DNA of 64,000 bases from Selaginella moellendorffii (lineage: Eukaryota; Plantae; Lycopodiophyta). The stretch covers positions 2,151,419-2,215,418 of the forward strand of contig NW_003314275.1 of NCBI RefSeq assembly GCF_000143415.4, written 5' to 3'. Position numbers and translations under genes: made by a program. How positions within the stretch are numbered: position 1 is the first letter of the stretch; every line of letters starts with the position of its first letter. Under the pieces are notes generated by a model. That model was not told where the DNA came from, made no database searches, and saw only the letters and a list, made by a program, of their open reading frames with translations. Positions 11,849-24,313 of this stretch are shown in pieces.

Positions 11849-14800
11849 TGTAAGTGACTAATTTTTCCATTCTACTTTAGTCACTTAACCACACCTCCAA
11901 CCACTTGGAAGAGTTTTATTCACAACCTCCATAAGTCCAATCCAAGATTTGGGGCTTGTTAGCCCCGAGAATGGCATTTATGCCACTCAACCTTTGCACT
12001 TGGTCTAAGTGCAAAATGTGTCTAATCCCATGATGGACACCCCAAGGTACCACCGACATATCTGCATGTTACACTAAGGCCATGCCCATTCACATTAGTC
12101 ACACCAGTGGTCTAACACCACCTACATCACAGTCCCATCTCTCAAAGACTGGGTCATCCATCCCTAAATGGTCATCCTAGATCCACTCCTTAGCATCTTT
12201 AGGATACCCATAGACATGGGGAACAACCTTCCCCAATATCCTTTTTACGGTTCCCATTGAGTCCTTTTTCTGTCTATGGACGTGTTTGTCAACACTGCCA
12301 CTGGGACAAAGCCCATAGGCCTGACGACTAAGTCCCATTGTCCTCTGGGACTTCTTCACTATATGACCGTATCCTTGGTCACCACACTAGAGGACCACTC
12401 CTCTTCCTTTCTATAGTCACAACATTTCGGAACACTATAGCCTTACACAAGCTTTATAGGTATTCTCCCCACCTTTTGCCTTTGGGTGCTCTAGCCATGA
12501 GCTTAGAGCGAGGTTCCGTTGAACCAAACCAGGTATCCAAGTAGGTAATGCCACCCATATTTGGACTGGGAGCATTGACCATTCGATCTCCCGGGGGAAC
12601 TAGAGTCAACTTTTGGAAGCTACCCCACTTATCAGTCTGTATTCACTCTAGCCTTGGACTTCCAGTGGTTATCCCATTACCCAACACCTAGGTACAACTT
12701 TCTTGGGCCAAACTAGCCTTTCTTGGCCAAACTAACTCCACTGGGATCCAACCCCCACACTCTCCTTACTATACTTTTGGAACCATCTGCAGCTTTGCCC
12801 CCCCCCGGGGGGACAATCGCTTTGGGCTTTCACCCAACAGCCTTTATTCCTATTTGGACTTGAACTCGGTCTCGGTTTCGGACTCAGACTCGGTCTCAGT
12901 CTTGGTTCCATCTCAGACTCCATCTTAGACTCCATCTCGGGTCCATCTCAGACTCCATCTTGGGTCCATCTTAGACTCCATCTCAAGTCCCTCTCAGATT
13001 CCATTTTGGGTCCATCTTGGAATCCATCTCGGACTCCATCTCGGGTCTATCTCGGACACTTGTCATGTGTTAGTCCTTTTATTTAGAGACTCACTTATTG
13101 CTTATTTCATGCTCGTTCCTCGAGCCTTTCTTTGGGAGCTCCACTCCTGCTCTCGACTTTTTGAGTCAGAGCTTTTAGTCCAAATGTGTTATGCTTATTT
13201 GGCTTTGCCTCTGCCACTACCATGTGGCATCCTTTCGGCTCCCCTTTGGGGCCTAGGGATTTTGTATTTCACAACTCCACCATCTGTAGACGAAGTTCGA
13301 TGTCCTCATCAAATGATAAACTATTTTATAAAGTAATACCAACATGTATTACCCTTTCCATCCTTAGCACCTAGCCAAATTCGTCAATGGTTTGATCCTG
13401 AAGGCTCACCATGCCTTGCTCATCCTTTAAGGAGCATAATCTTTCCAACTTAGAGACTCATTTGACCACTTGTGATGGTTCTCTCCTTTTATTGGTTTAG
13501 TTCTCATTAAACTTGTTAAAGACACCTTCTTTATCTCAATCCCACCATTCATTCTCGAGTAGTCTCAGTTTCCATTGATATAACCTTTGCACTTTAGAAC
13601 TTTTAATTTTGACTTTTTAGAGTCAATTTCCTAAGTGTTTCCGACAGCTTGCATTGCACATATTGTGCATCTCCATTTCCTCATCCTAGAAAGTTTTCTA
13701 CTTGAGGGCACTATCATTCTATATTTTATTTCGTGCCACCTTTGGCACTAAGTTCCAGTTATCATAATTTGTGTTAGAGCTGTCTATGGCCCTATTATTT
13801 GGCTACTTTACCGCTCTCTCCCTTAGAGCTTCCACTTTTGCCAAATCGGAGCAATTAAGGATCCATCCTTAGAAACACATTGTCTTTCCTACAATTTGCT
13901 AGCACCCAATACATTAATGTTTTTAGCCTAACTTTGCCATTTAGATTTTTTTCCATGATTCCCATGGCTCTTTTCTTAGCCATTAGTCTTTTGTTCCTAT
14001 CCTTAATTGTTGCACTTGGCAACATAGCATCACTGCCTCCATTCTTGAGGTATCCTTTCGGTTCCATAGCAAAGATTTTGCTTTGCTAAGTCTAGAAGGT
14101 GTTCACCCCTAGTACGTCTCTTTAGCATTTTTTATTGTGGGCTCTATTTACAGCCCAACTTTATGACCTTCTCATGGGTCTTTTATAAAGACTACTTTCT
14201 TTAGACTCACTATGCTATTGCATTGTCACAGTTCATTTCCCTTAGGTGTTCTTCCCACTTGGTCACCTTGACCGAACCACACTATCATCAATAATTTAAA
14301 TCAACACTTTAAATTAGGAACTTTATTCCTTAACCTCATAAGGATCTTGTCCTTGTTTTAACCATAAGATCACTTAGTGATCTAACTTTGACACCTTAAC
14401 AAGTTTGCCAATATGTATTAAACATTTCAGACTTTTAAGTTGTTCACCATGACCCTAGGGGCATCCCCCACACTTGGCGGTGCACCCAAGCCAACCCTTC
14501 TGGCCATAGCAACTGAGATTGGGTGTCCCCATCTCCTTCACCACGTCCTTGGTGCCATTTGCACCAAAGTGTTCAAGTTAAATATGCCCAACCACATTAA
14601 GCAATCTAACTGTGCATCACGACTTCGAGGCATCCCCCACTTGGCGGTGTGCCCAAGCTAGTCTCTTTACTGAGAGTTCATGACCATTGAAAAATGAGTG
14701 TCCTCATATTCCAGACCATCACCACGCCCTAGTGAGTTGGGACTCGAACCCGAGCACTAAAGGGTTAAAATTCGAACCCAACCTCCGTATATGCATCTAC

Positions 14801-15115
14801 GGATGGCATCACCCAGGATGCCTGATGTAACTCCCCACGCCGGTGCACCAACTTATACTTGAAGCGTGTTATAAATCATAGTTTAGGACCTTAGTTCCTC
14901 CGAACTGCTAAGTCCTCTCACTTGACAAATTTGTGATTATGCATGGACTCTTCTATGCTTGGCCCTATAGGCTGCCCCTTTTGAAATTAACACCTTCAAC
15001 TAGGGTATTTGTTCCCTTAACTTGCCAATTTCACTTAACAAGTCATCCGACCACCGTAATATAGTTCATGCATGAGCGTGAAAGTCTTTGACTATCGACT
15101 ATTGTTCAAAGCCAT

Positions 15116-16899
15116 TGTGAGACACAAAATCCCTAGGCCCCAAAGTGGAGCCGGAAGGGCGCCACATGGTAGTGGCTGAAGCGAGAGCCAAACGAGCGTA
15201 ACACGTTTGGACCAAAAGCTCCGACTTGAAAAGTCAAGAGCGGGAGTGGAACTCTCAACGAAGTGCTCGAGGAACGAGCACGAAGCGAGCAAAAGGCGAG
15301 GCTCCAAAAAGGGACCCAAAAGGGCCAACACATGACACGTGGGAGTGTCCGAGATGGACCCGAGTTGGAGTCCGAAGTGGAGTCCGAGATGGACCCGAGA
15401 TGGAGTCCGAGAAGGAGTCCGAAGTGGAGTCCGAGGTGGACCCGAGATGGACCCGAGTTGGAGTCCGAGATGGACCCGAGATGGAGTCCGAGATGGAGTC
15501 CGAGATGGAGTCCGAGGTGGACCCGAGATGGACCCGAAATGGAGTCCGAGATGGAGTCCGAGATGGACCTGAGATGGAGTCCGAGATGGAGTCCGAGGTG
15601 GACCCGAGATGGACCCGAAATAGAGTCCGAGATGGAGTCCGAGATGGACCCAAGATGGAGTCCGAGATGGAGTCCGAGATGGACCCGAGATGGACCCGAG
15701 ATGGAGTCCGAGATGGAGTCCGAGATGGAGTCCGAAGTCGAGACCGAGACCGAGACCGGGACCAAGACCGAGACCGAGACCGAGACCGAGATCGGGAACG
15801 AGACCGAGACCGAGGCCGAGGCCGAGACCGAGCCCGAGCCCGAGTCCGAGTCCGAGTCCGAGTCCGAGTCCGAGTCCGAGTCCGAGTCCGAGTTCGGAGC
15901 CTGAGAGGGTGAAAGCCCAAAGCGTTCGTCTCCCAGACCCTGGGGGGTTTGGTGAGCTCCAAAAGTATAGTAGGGGGAGGACTGCAGTGGAGCCAGTTTG
16001 GCCAGGAAAGGCCAGTTTGGCCCAGGAAGGCCGGACCCAGTGTTGGGTGATGAGCTGCCCACTGGGAAGTCCAAGACTAGAGTGAACACAGACCGACAAG
16101 CGGGGTAGCTTGGTGAAGTGTTCAAGAGCCGGCTCTAGTTCCCCCTGGAGATCGACTGGCCGATGCTCCTAGTCCAAGTGTGGGTGGCACTACCTACTTG
16201 GATACCAGGCGTGGCTCAACGGAACCTCGCTCTAAGCCCATGGCTAGAGCACCCAAGGGCAGAAGGCGAGGAGAGTACCCAGGTGGCTCGCGTAAGGCCA
16301 CGGTGTTCCGAAATGTTGTCCCAAAGGCCCAGACTGTGGAAAGGAAGAGGAGCAGTCCTCTGGGGTGTGACCAAGGACACAGTCGTGTGGTGAGGAAGTC
16401 CCAGAGGACCGTGGGACTTAGTGGTCGGGCCTGTGGGTCTCGATCCAGTGGCAGTGTTGGCAAACACGGCCAGGGGCAGAAAGGGACTTAGTGGGGACTG
16501 ACAGAGGGATATTGGGGAAGGCTATTCCCCTTGTCGGTGGGCATCCTAAGGATGCTAAGGAGTGGATCTGAGATGACCACTCACGGATGGTTCGCCTAGT
16601 CTTGGAGAGCCAAGACTGTGATGCAAGTGGTATTGGACTGCCAGTGTGGCAAAGGTGATTGGGCATGGCCTTAGCATAACGGGCTGCTATGTCGGTGGTA
16701 CCTTTGAGTGTCGGTCATGGGATCGGACACGTGGAGCACTAGGACCAAGTGCAAATGTTGGGTGGCATGGATGCCATTCTCGGGGCTAGCAAGTCCCAAG
16801 TCCTGGATTGGACTTATGGAGGTTGTGAATGAGACTCCTCCAAGTGGTCAGAGGTGTGGTTAAGTGACTAAAGTAGAATGGAAAATTTAGTCGCTTACA
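15116..16899 (+). repeat. 5' LTR of element B
   Basis: TGTGAGACAC...GTCGCTTACA followed by the PBS. Confidence 0.95.
15345..15897 (+). repeat. compound minisatellite in LTR: (GAGATGGAGTCC/GAGATGGACCC)n, then (GAGACC)n, then (GAGTCC)n
   Basis: Directly visible; equivalents at ~21273-21850, ~25790-26372 (reverse) and a shorter decayed version at ~12855-13058. Confidence 0.95.
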
Positions 16900-16902
16900 A
16901 TT

Positions 16903-16914
16903 TGGTATCAGAGC
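16903..16914 (+). promoter_or_regulatory. primer binding site, tRNA-iMet
   Basis: TGGTATCAGAGC 3 nt after the LTR end. Confidence 0.9.
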
Positions 16915-19900
16915 TGTTCCTTAGTCCGACTTTTATTGGTGCTCAAGTATATCACCACTAGTGTTGGCATCGGAAGGTCCGAGGAGTGGGCCTATCCTTG
17001 AGGAGTAGCAAGTCGGGAAAACATGGCTCTCCATTACAGTTCATGTGTGAACTTGTAGACGAGGTGGTGGATAGAAAAGGACCAATAATGGAACGACTTT
17101 GGGATCTTGGGAACAATGCAAGGTTTTCCTCATTGAGTTGAGGATGTGATCCGGATGAGCATTTGTCTCAGCAAATTGGCTAAGGTTGTTGTGGTAAACA
17201 ACTAAAGTTGGGATCACGGGAAAGATAGAGACTCCAAAACAATAAAGGAGTCACAAGATTATCCTCATATAGTTGAGGTTGGTGCTCATGAATGTGAGAC
17301 CAGAGGTAATGACCGTGGGAGGTCAAATACGGAAGAGGACTCAAGTCCTTGAAATGGTAGCTGGGGCTACCTTTAATAAATGCTGGAACAACCCAAGGAG
17401 TTGGGGGGTGTACTTAGAGATGAGTGGTATTCTCATCGCATGGACAAGTAGTCCTAAGGGGCAAAAGTTGCCTCCAGAGAACAAAATCAAGTGTCGGAGT
17501 AACACTTGTGAAAATAGTCCTTTTGAGTAGGACAGGAATGCAAGAAGTGTATTCCAGTGAGCTAGTGCCTCACAAGTAGGACCTTACGGGTCTGTGGATT
17601 AACCAAGTCCAAAACTGCTGGATGACTCAAGTAGAGTCAACGGATGGTCCTAAAAAGACTGATGGAAGCATTTGGACTGTGGTGTGTTGTACCCCACAAA
17701 GGATGGGGGGGGGATCATAGGATCCAAGGATGAGAACAAAGGGTATCTCATCAATGGCAAAATGTGCCATGCTAAAGTTATGGGAAAGGTGTTCCCAGAA
17801 GAAAACAACTTTGACATAAAGTTGTGTGTGACCTCTATGGTGCAGTGCTAACGGATGGTTGGCATGAGAAAGAGCGGTGTTGGTCTTGGCAAAAACTTAG
17901 ACACGAAGGGGAAATGTCATAGAGGTAGGCTCGTGGAGCCGATGGTGTGGAGACACCAAATGTGCCAAGGTGTGATACCTTGAGGCTATGTTGGTGGGTT
18001 CATGAGAACCCCTTGCCAAAGGAATCCCAATGGAAATGGGAACAGCATAGCCTAAGCTGCAGAGCATGCAGTTGGAGTGTGGTGACCCAGATAATGATGG
18101 AGGTGTGAAAGCACCAAGCAATGAGTTGTAGGACTTGACAACTATGAGGCAACTAAGCAAGAGGTGTGAAATAACTGGTTAAACGGGTAGAAGGTAGCTA
18201 CCCAAGACTTCTTAATAGCATAAGGAAGTTGGATATACCCTTACGGGGGATAAATTGCTTATGTTGTGATATAGTAAGTCAATGTCATAAAAGGAAATAC
18301 TCATTGTCAAGAAAGCCATCATTGGGACACCCGAACACTCTAGAACACCAGAAGGTGGTGTTTGATGTCGTGAGGGCAATGGATAAGACCCAAGGGACTA
18401 AGTCCCTAGCGAATGATGGATAGAAGGTGCTATCCAAATGTCCAAGGTTGGGGAGACAGGAGAGGACTGTCTACCCAAGTTGGACAAAGCCAAAAATGGA
18501 ATTTTGGCAAGGCTAGTGATGGGCATGTAAAGGCCCATAAGCAACAATGTAATCCCAGTGTGTGGGATTATAAGGTGAGCATACCCGGATTGAGGAACCA
18601 CTCCATGGGCTATTGGGTAGGTTCATCCCTAAGGATACTTGCTAAGGCATGATAGAAAGTGCAAAGCTATCCTCCTGGTCTGGAGGAGAATGACTAAAGG
18701 AATGGTGTGAAGCCAAAAAGCAAGAAGTAAGGGGATAGAATCGAACCGTAGGAATCAAAGGGCATAACCAAAGTTGGTTATGTCAGCTGGGAGTGGAGAA
18801 TCAAGTGGGGGCTCGAGGGTGTTGCTGCTAGCAATCGTGATGCCATGGAGAGTCTAAAATATGGAATTGTCCATGTTAGACTATGTGGCATTTGGAAGGC
18901 TTGCAAAAAGGGAGGCCTTAGCAAGCTGAGGGACAGAGTTCCTTCAAGGTTCCCAAAGACGATTCTAGGTAGCTTAGTACCTAAAAAGGCCAAGTGTAAA
19001 TGGTTCATGGAACGCGCGAAATCAGAGTGGCGCAGCAGAAGCGTGGTCTTGAAGCTTGCCATGAGGCAAGGCTATCAAGGTTAGGGAAGTAGTTCCCGAG
19101 TGTTCAAAGAGAGGGCTTTGAACGAAAGTCGATGGGCAAGGACTTTCACGCTTATGCAGGAACCATGTTACAGTGGTCGGAGGACTTGCCAAGCGAGATT
19201 GGCACGTCGGGGGAACAAATACCCTAGTTGAAGGTGATAACTTCAAAAAGGGGGGGCCATGGGGCCGAGCATGGAGGAGTCCATGCATGATCACAGACAT
19301 GTCAAGTGAGAGGACTTGGCAGTGTGGAGGAACTAGGTTCCTAAACTGTGATCTGTAGCGCGCTTTAAAAATAAGTTGGTGCACCGGCGTGGGGAGTCAC
19401 GCCAGGCATCTTGTGTGATGCCGTCCGTAGATGCATATACGGAGGTTGGGTTCGAGTCCCGACCCTCTAGTGCTTGGGTTCGAGTCCCAAATCACTAGGG
19501 CGTGGTGATGGTTTGGAATATGAGGACACTCATATTTCGGTGGTCATGGACTCTCAGTGGGGAGACTGGTTTGGGCACACCGCCAAGCGAGGGATGCCTC
19601 GGAGTCGTGATGCACGGTTAGATTGCTTAGTGTGAAAGCTCAGCATATCTAACTTGAACGCTTTGGTGCAAGTGGCGCCAAGGTCGTGGTGAGTGAGATG
19701 GGGACACCTAATCTCAGTTGCTATGAACCCTTGGCCGTAAGGGCTGGCTTGGGTGCACCGCCAAGTGTGGGGGATGCCCCCGGGGTTATAGTCAACAACT
19801 TGGAGGTCTAGAAGACCAAGTACCTCTGGGCAACTCTGTTAAGGTGCCAAGGTGAGATCACTAGGTGATCTTATGGCCAGATAAGGACAAGGTCCTTGGT

Positions 19901-20808
19901 TGGCTAAGGAATGAAGTTCCTGGTTCAAAATGTTGAAATTGAATTGTTTAAGGTGGTGTGGCTTGGTCGTGATGACCAAGTGGAAAGAGCACCTAAGGGA
20001 AATAAACTATGTCCATGCGATGGCATAGTGAGTCCGAGGAAAGTAGTCTCTATAAAAGACCCATGGGAGGGTCACGAAGTTGGGCTGTGGATAGAGCCCA
20101 TAGCAGAAGATGCTAAAGAGACGTACTAGGGGTGAACATCCTCCAGACTTGGCAAAGAAGAGTCTTTGCTATGGAACCGAAACAATACTTCAAGAAGGGA
20201 GGTAGAGATTCGATGTTGCTTGGTGCAACAATCAACGGATAGGAGCAAAAGATGAGTGGCCAAGATAGGGCCGTGGAATACCTTGGAAGGAATTCAAGTG
20301 ACAAAGTTAGGCGAGGAACACTAATGTGTTGGACGCTAACAAGTTGCGGGAAAGGAAGTGTGTTTCCAAGGAGGGATTCCGAAATGCTCCGATTTGGCGA
20401 AAGTGGAAGCTCCAAGGGAGGGAGCGGTAAGGTAGCCAAATGATAGGGCCATGAACAGCCCTAGCACAAAGTATGATAACTGGAACTTTGGCACGAAATA
20501 GAAGAGAGGATGATGGTGCCCTCGAGTAGAGAACTTCCTAGGATGGGAAGTGGAGTTGCACAAAAAGGTGCAAGGCAAGGTGTCGGAGACACCTAGGAAA
20601 TTGACTCCAAGAAGTCAAAATTCAAAGTTCCAAAGTGCAAAGGTTATATCGATGGAAATCGAGACTACTCGAGAAGGAGTAGTGGGATTGACTTAGAGAA
20701 GGGTCTCTAAGAGGTTTAGCGAGGACTAAACCAATAAAAGGAGAGAACCACTACATGTGGTCCAATCAGTCTCTAAGTTGGAGAGACTACCCTCCTTAGA
20801 GGATAGGC

Positions 20809-20940
20809 AAGGCATGGTGAGCCTTTGGTGTCAAACCATGGAGGCATATGCAAAAGGCATGGTGAGCCTTCAATGTCAAACCATTGACGAATATGGAGAA
20901 GGCATGGTGAGCCTTCAATGTCAAACCATTGACAAATATT
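20809..20940 (+). repeat. three copies of a 45-bp tandem repeat near the 3' end of element B's internal region
   Basis: AAGGCATGGTGAGCCTT..TGTCAAACCAT x3; a single copy in element A (~13380-13420). Confidence 0.85.
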
Positions 20941-21043
20941 GGCTAGGTGCCAAGGATGGAAATGGTAACACACGCGAGTGTTACTTTACAAAATGGTTTA
21001 CCGTTCGATGAGGACATCGAACTTCGTCTATGGGTGGTGGAGT

Positions 21044-22852
21044 TGTGAGACACAAAATCCCTAGGCCCCAAAGTGGAGCCGAAAGGGCGCCACATGGTAG
21101 TGGCCGAAGCGAGAGCCAAACGAGCGTAACACGTTTGGACCAAAAGCTCCGACTTGAAAAGTCAAGAGCGGGAGTGGAACTCCCAACGAAGTGCTCGAGG
21201 AACGAGCACGAAGCGAGCAAAAGGCGAGGCTCCAAAAAGGGACCCAAAAGGGCCAACACATGACACGTGGGAGTGTCCGAGATGGACCCGAGTTGGAGTC
21301 CGAAGTGGAGTCCGAGATGGACCCGAGATGGAGTCCGAGAAGGAGTCCGAAGTGGAGTCCGAGGTGGACCCGAGATGGACCCGAGTTGGAGTCCGAAGTG
21401 GAGTCCGAGATGGACCCGAGATGGAGTCCGAGATGGAGTCCGAGATGGAGTCCGAGATGGAGTCCGAGGTGGACCCGAGATGGACCCGAAATGGAGTCCG
21501 AGATGGAGTCCGAGATGGACCTGAGATGGAGTCCGAGATGGAGTCCGAGGTGGACCCGAGATGGACCCGAAATAGAGTCCGAGATAGAGTCCGAGATGGA
21601 CCCAAGATGGAGTCCGAGATGGAGTCCGAGATGGACCCGAGATGGAGTCCGAGATGGAGTCCGAGATGGAGTCCGAGATGGAGTCCGAGATGGAGTCCGA
21701 AGTCGAGACCGAGACCGAGACCGGGACCAAGACCGAGACCGAGACCGAGACCGAGATCGGGAACGAGACCGAGACCGAGGCCGAGGCCGAGACCGAGCCC
21801 GAGCCCGAGTCCGAGTCCGAGTCCGAGTCCGAGTCCGAGTCCGAGTCCGGAGCCTGAGAGGGTGAAAGCCCAAAGCGTTCGTCTCCCAGACCCTGGGGGG
21901 TTTGGTGAGCTCCAAAAGTATAGTAGGGGGAGGACTGCAGTGGAGCCAGTTTGGCTAGGAAAGGCCAGTTTGGCCCAGGAAGGCCGGACCCAGTGTTGGG
22001 TGATGAGCTGCCCACTGGGAAGTCCAAGACTAGAGTGAACACAGACCGACAAGCGGGGTAGCTTGGTGAAGTGTTCAAGAGCCGGCTCTAGTTCCCCCGG
22101 GAGATCGACTGGCCGATGCTCCCAGTCCAAGTGTGGGTGGCACTACCTACTTGGATACCAGGCGTGGCTCAACGGAACCTCGCTCTAAGCCCATGGCTAG
22201 AGCACCAAAGGGCAGAAGGCGAGGAGAGTACCCAGGTGGCTCGCGTAAGGCCACGGTGTTCCGAAATGTTGTCCCAAAGGCCCAGACTGTGGAAAGGAAG
22301 AGGAGCAGTCCTCTGGGGTGTGACCAAGGACACAGTCGTGTGGTGAGGAAGTCCCAGAGGACCGTGGGACTTAGTGGTCGGGCCTGTGGGTCTCGATCCA
22401 GTGGCAGTGTTGGCAAACACGGCCAGGGGCAGAAAGGGACTTAGTGGGGACTGACAGAGGGATATTGGGGAAGGCTATTCCCCTTGTCGGTGGGCATCCT
22501 AAGGATGCTAAGGAGTGGATCTGAGATGACCACTCACGGATGGTTCGCCTAGTCTTGGAGAGCCAAGACTGTGATGCAAGTGGTATTGGACTACCAGTGT
22601 GGCAAAGGTGATTGGGCATGGCCTTAGCATAACGGGCTGCTATGTCGGTGGTACCTTTGAGTGTCGGTCATGGGATCGGACACGTGGAGCACTAGGACCA
22701 AGTGCAAATGTTGAGTGGCATGGATGCCATTCTCGGGGCTAGCAAGTCCCAAGTCCTGGATTGGACTTATGGAGGTTGTGAATGAGACTCCTCCAAGTGG
22801 TCAGAGGTGTGGTTAAGTGACTAAAGTAGAATGGAAAATTTAGTCGCTTACA
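21044..22852 (+). repeat. 3' LTR of element B
   Basis: Near identical to 15116-16899, preceded by the PPT-like tract and followed by the TSD. Confidence 0.95.
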
Positions 22853-24120
22853 GCCATCCCTTTGAACACTTGGGAATTACTTCCCCAACTTTGAAAGCTT
22901 TGCCTTATAGCAAGTTTCAAGACTACGCTTTTACTGTGCCATTTTGATTTCATGTGTTCTATAAATCATTTACACTTAGCTTTCTAGGTATTAAACTACC
23001 TAGAATTGTCTTTGGGAACCTTGACGGGACTTTGTCCCTTAGCTTACTAAGGCCTCTCTTTTTGCAAGCTTTCTAATTGCTATATGGTCTAACATGGATA
23101 ATTCTATGCTTTAAACTCTTCATGGCACCACAATTGGTAGTAACAACATGCACAAGTGCCCACTTAATTTTCCACTCCCAACTTGCATAAACATATTTGG
23201 TTATGCCCCTTGATTTCTATGGTTTGGTTCTATCCCCTTACTATTTACTTTTGGCCTCACATATTTCCTTCAGTTATTCTCTTCTATATTAGGAGGATAG
23301 CTTTGCACTTTCTACCATGCTTTAGCAAATATTCATAAGGATGAATTTACTCGATAGCTTAGAGAGTGGTTCCTCAATTTGGGTATGCTCACTTTATAAT
23401 CCCACACACCGGGATTAATGTTGTTATCTATGGGCTTTTATATGCCCATCACTAGCCTTGCCAAAATCTCATTTTGGCTTTGTTCAATTCAGGTAGACGG
23501 ATTTTTTTTGTCTTCGCAACTTTGAACATTTGAATAGAACCTTTTATCCATCATTTGTTAGGGATTTAGTCCCTTGGGCTTTATCTATTGCCCTCACGAC
23601 ACCAAACCACACTTTCTGGTATTCTAGAGTGTTTGGGTGTCCCAATGATGACATTTTTGACAATGAGCATTCCTTTTACGACATTGACTTATTATATTGT
23701 AACATAAGCAATTTATCCTTCATAAGGGTATATTTGAACTTCCTTATCCCATTAAGAAGTTTTGGGTAGTTATTTTCTATTAGTTTAATTAGTTATTTCA
23801 TGCCTTTTGCTTAATTACCTCATAGTTGTCAAGTCCTACAAGTCATTACTAGTGCTTTCACACCTCTATTATTATTCGGGTCACCACACTCTAATTGCAT
23901 GTCTTTTAGCTTAGGTTATGCTATTCTCATTTCCATTAAAATTCCTTTGGGAAGGGGTTCTCATGAACCCGCCAACTTAACTTTAAGGCATTACGCATTA
24001 GCACATTTGGTGTCTTTACACCATCAGCTCCATGAGCCTACTTTTATGACATTTTTTTCTCGTGTCTAAGTCCTTGCCAAGACCAATACAATTATTTCTC
24101 ATGCCAACTATCCATTAGCA

Positions 24121-24313
24121 TGTAAGCAACCAAAGAAAACGACTTAAGAAACAATCCATAGGGTTCAAATATAAAGGGAAAGAGCCCATGAATAAAAGTG
24201 CACCTCTTTTCCAATTAGTTAAGGGTCTTGAAATATTTGGGGTTAAACGTCCTTAGGTTTGAATAGTACTGGGCTAGGTGACCTCCTGGGAAGTCCAAAC
24301 TTAGGAGCTTACA
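24121..24313 (+). mobile_element. Cassandra-like TRIM solo LTR carrying a 5S rRNA internal-promoter segment
   Basis: TGTAAGC...GCTTACA, TSD TAGCA at 24116-24120 and 24314-24318; 24242-24296 matches the recalled plant 5S segment GTTAAGCGTGC...GGTGACCTCCTGGGAAGTCC at ~45/55 nt. Confidence 0.85.

Larger units (their letters stand above)
15116..22852 (+). mobile_element. young full-length non-autonomous LTR retrotransposon (LARD-like, element B)
   Basis: LTRs 15116-16899 and 21044-22852 (TG...CA, near identical), TSD GCCAT at 15111-15115 and 22853-22857, PBS TGGTATCAGAGC, PPT-like GGGTGGTGGAGT; 4.1-kb internal region without a gag/pol ORF. Confidence 0.95.

Noticed and set aside
15345-15897. CRISPR-like repeat array
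   Set aside because: Head-to-tail units with no unique spacers, no cas genes, eukaryotic context
15092-16125. Long overlapping ORFs (GLGLGL, DSDSDS, RSRSRS, MESEMESE) in many frames; also at 20981-22130 and 25519-26593
   Set aside because: By-product of stop-free minisatellites inside LTRs; frames differ between sister LTRs
19445-19490. tRNA gene
   Set aside because: T-arm-like hairpins only; no D-arm, anticodon arm or acceptor stem
24242-24296. 5S rRNA gene
   Set aside because: Only the internal promoter half is present, embedded in a TG...CA LTR with a TSD
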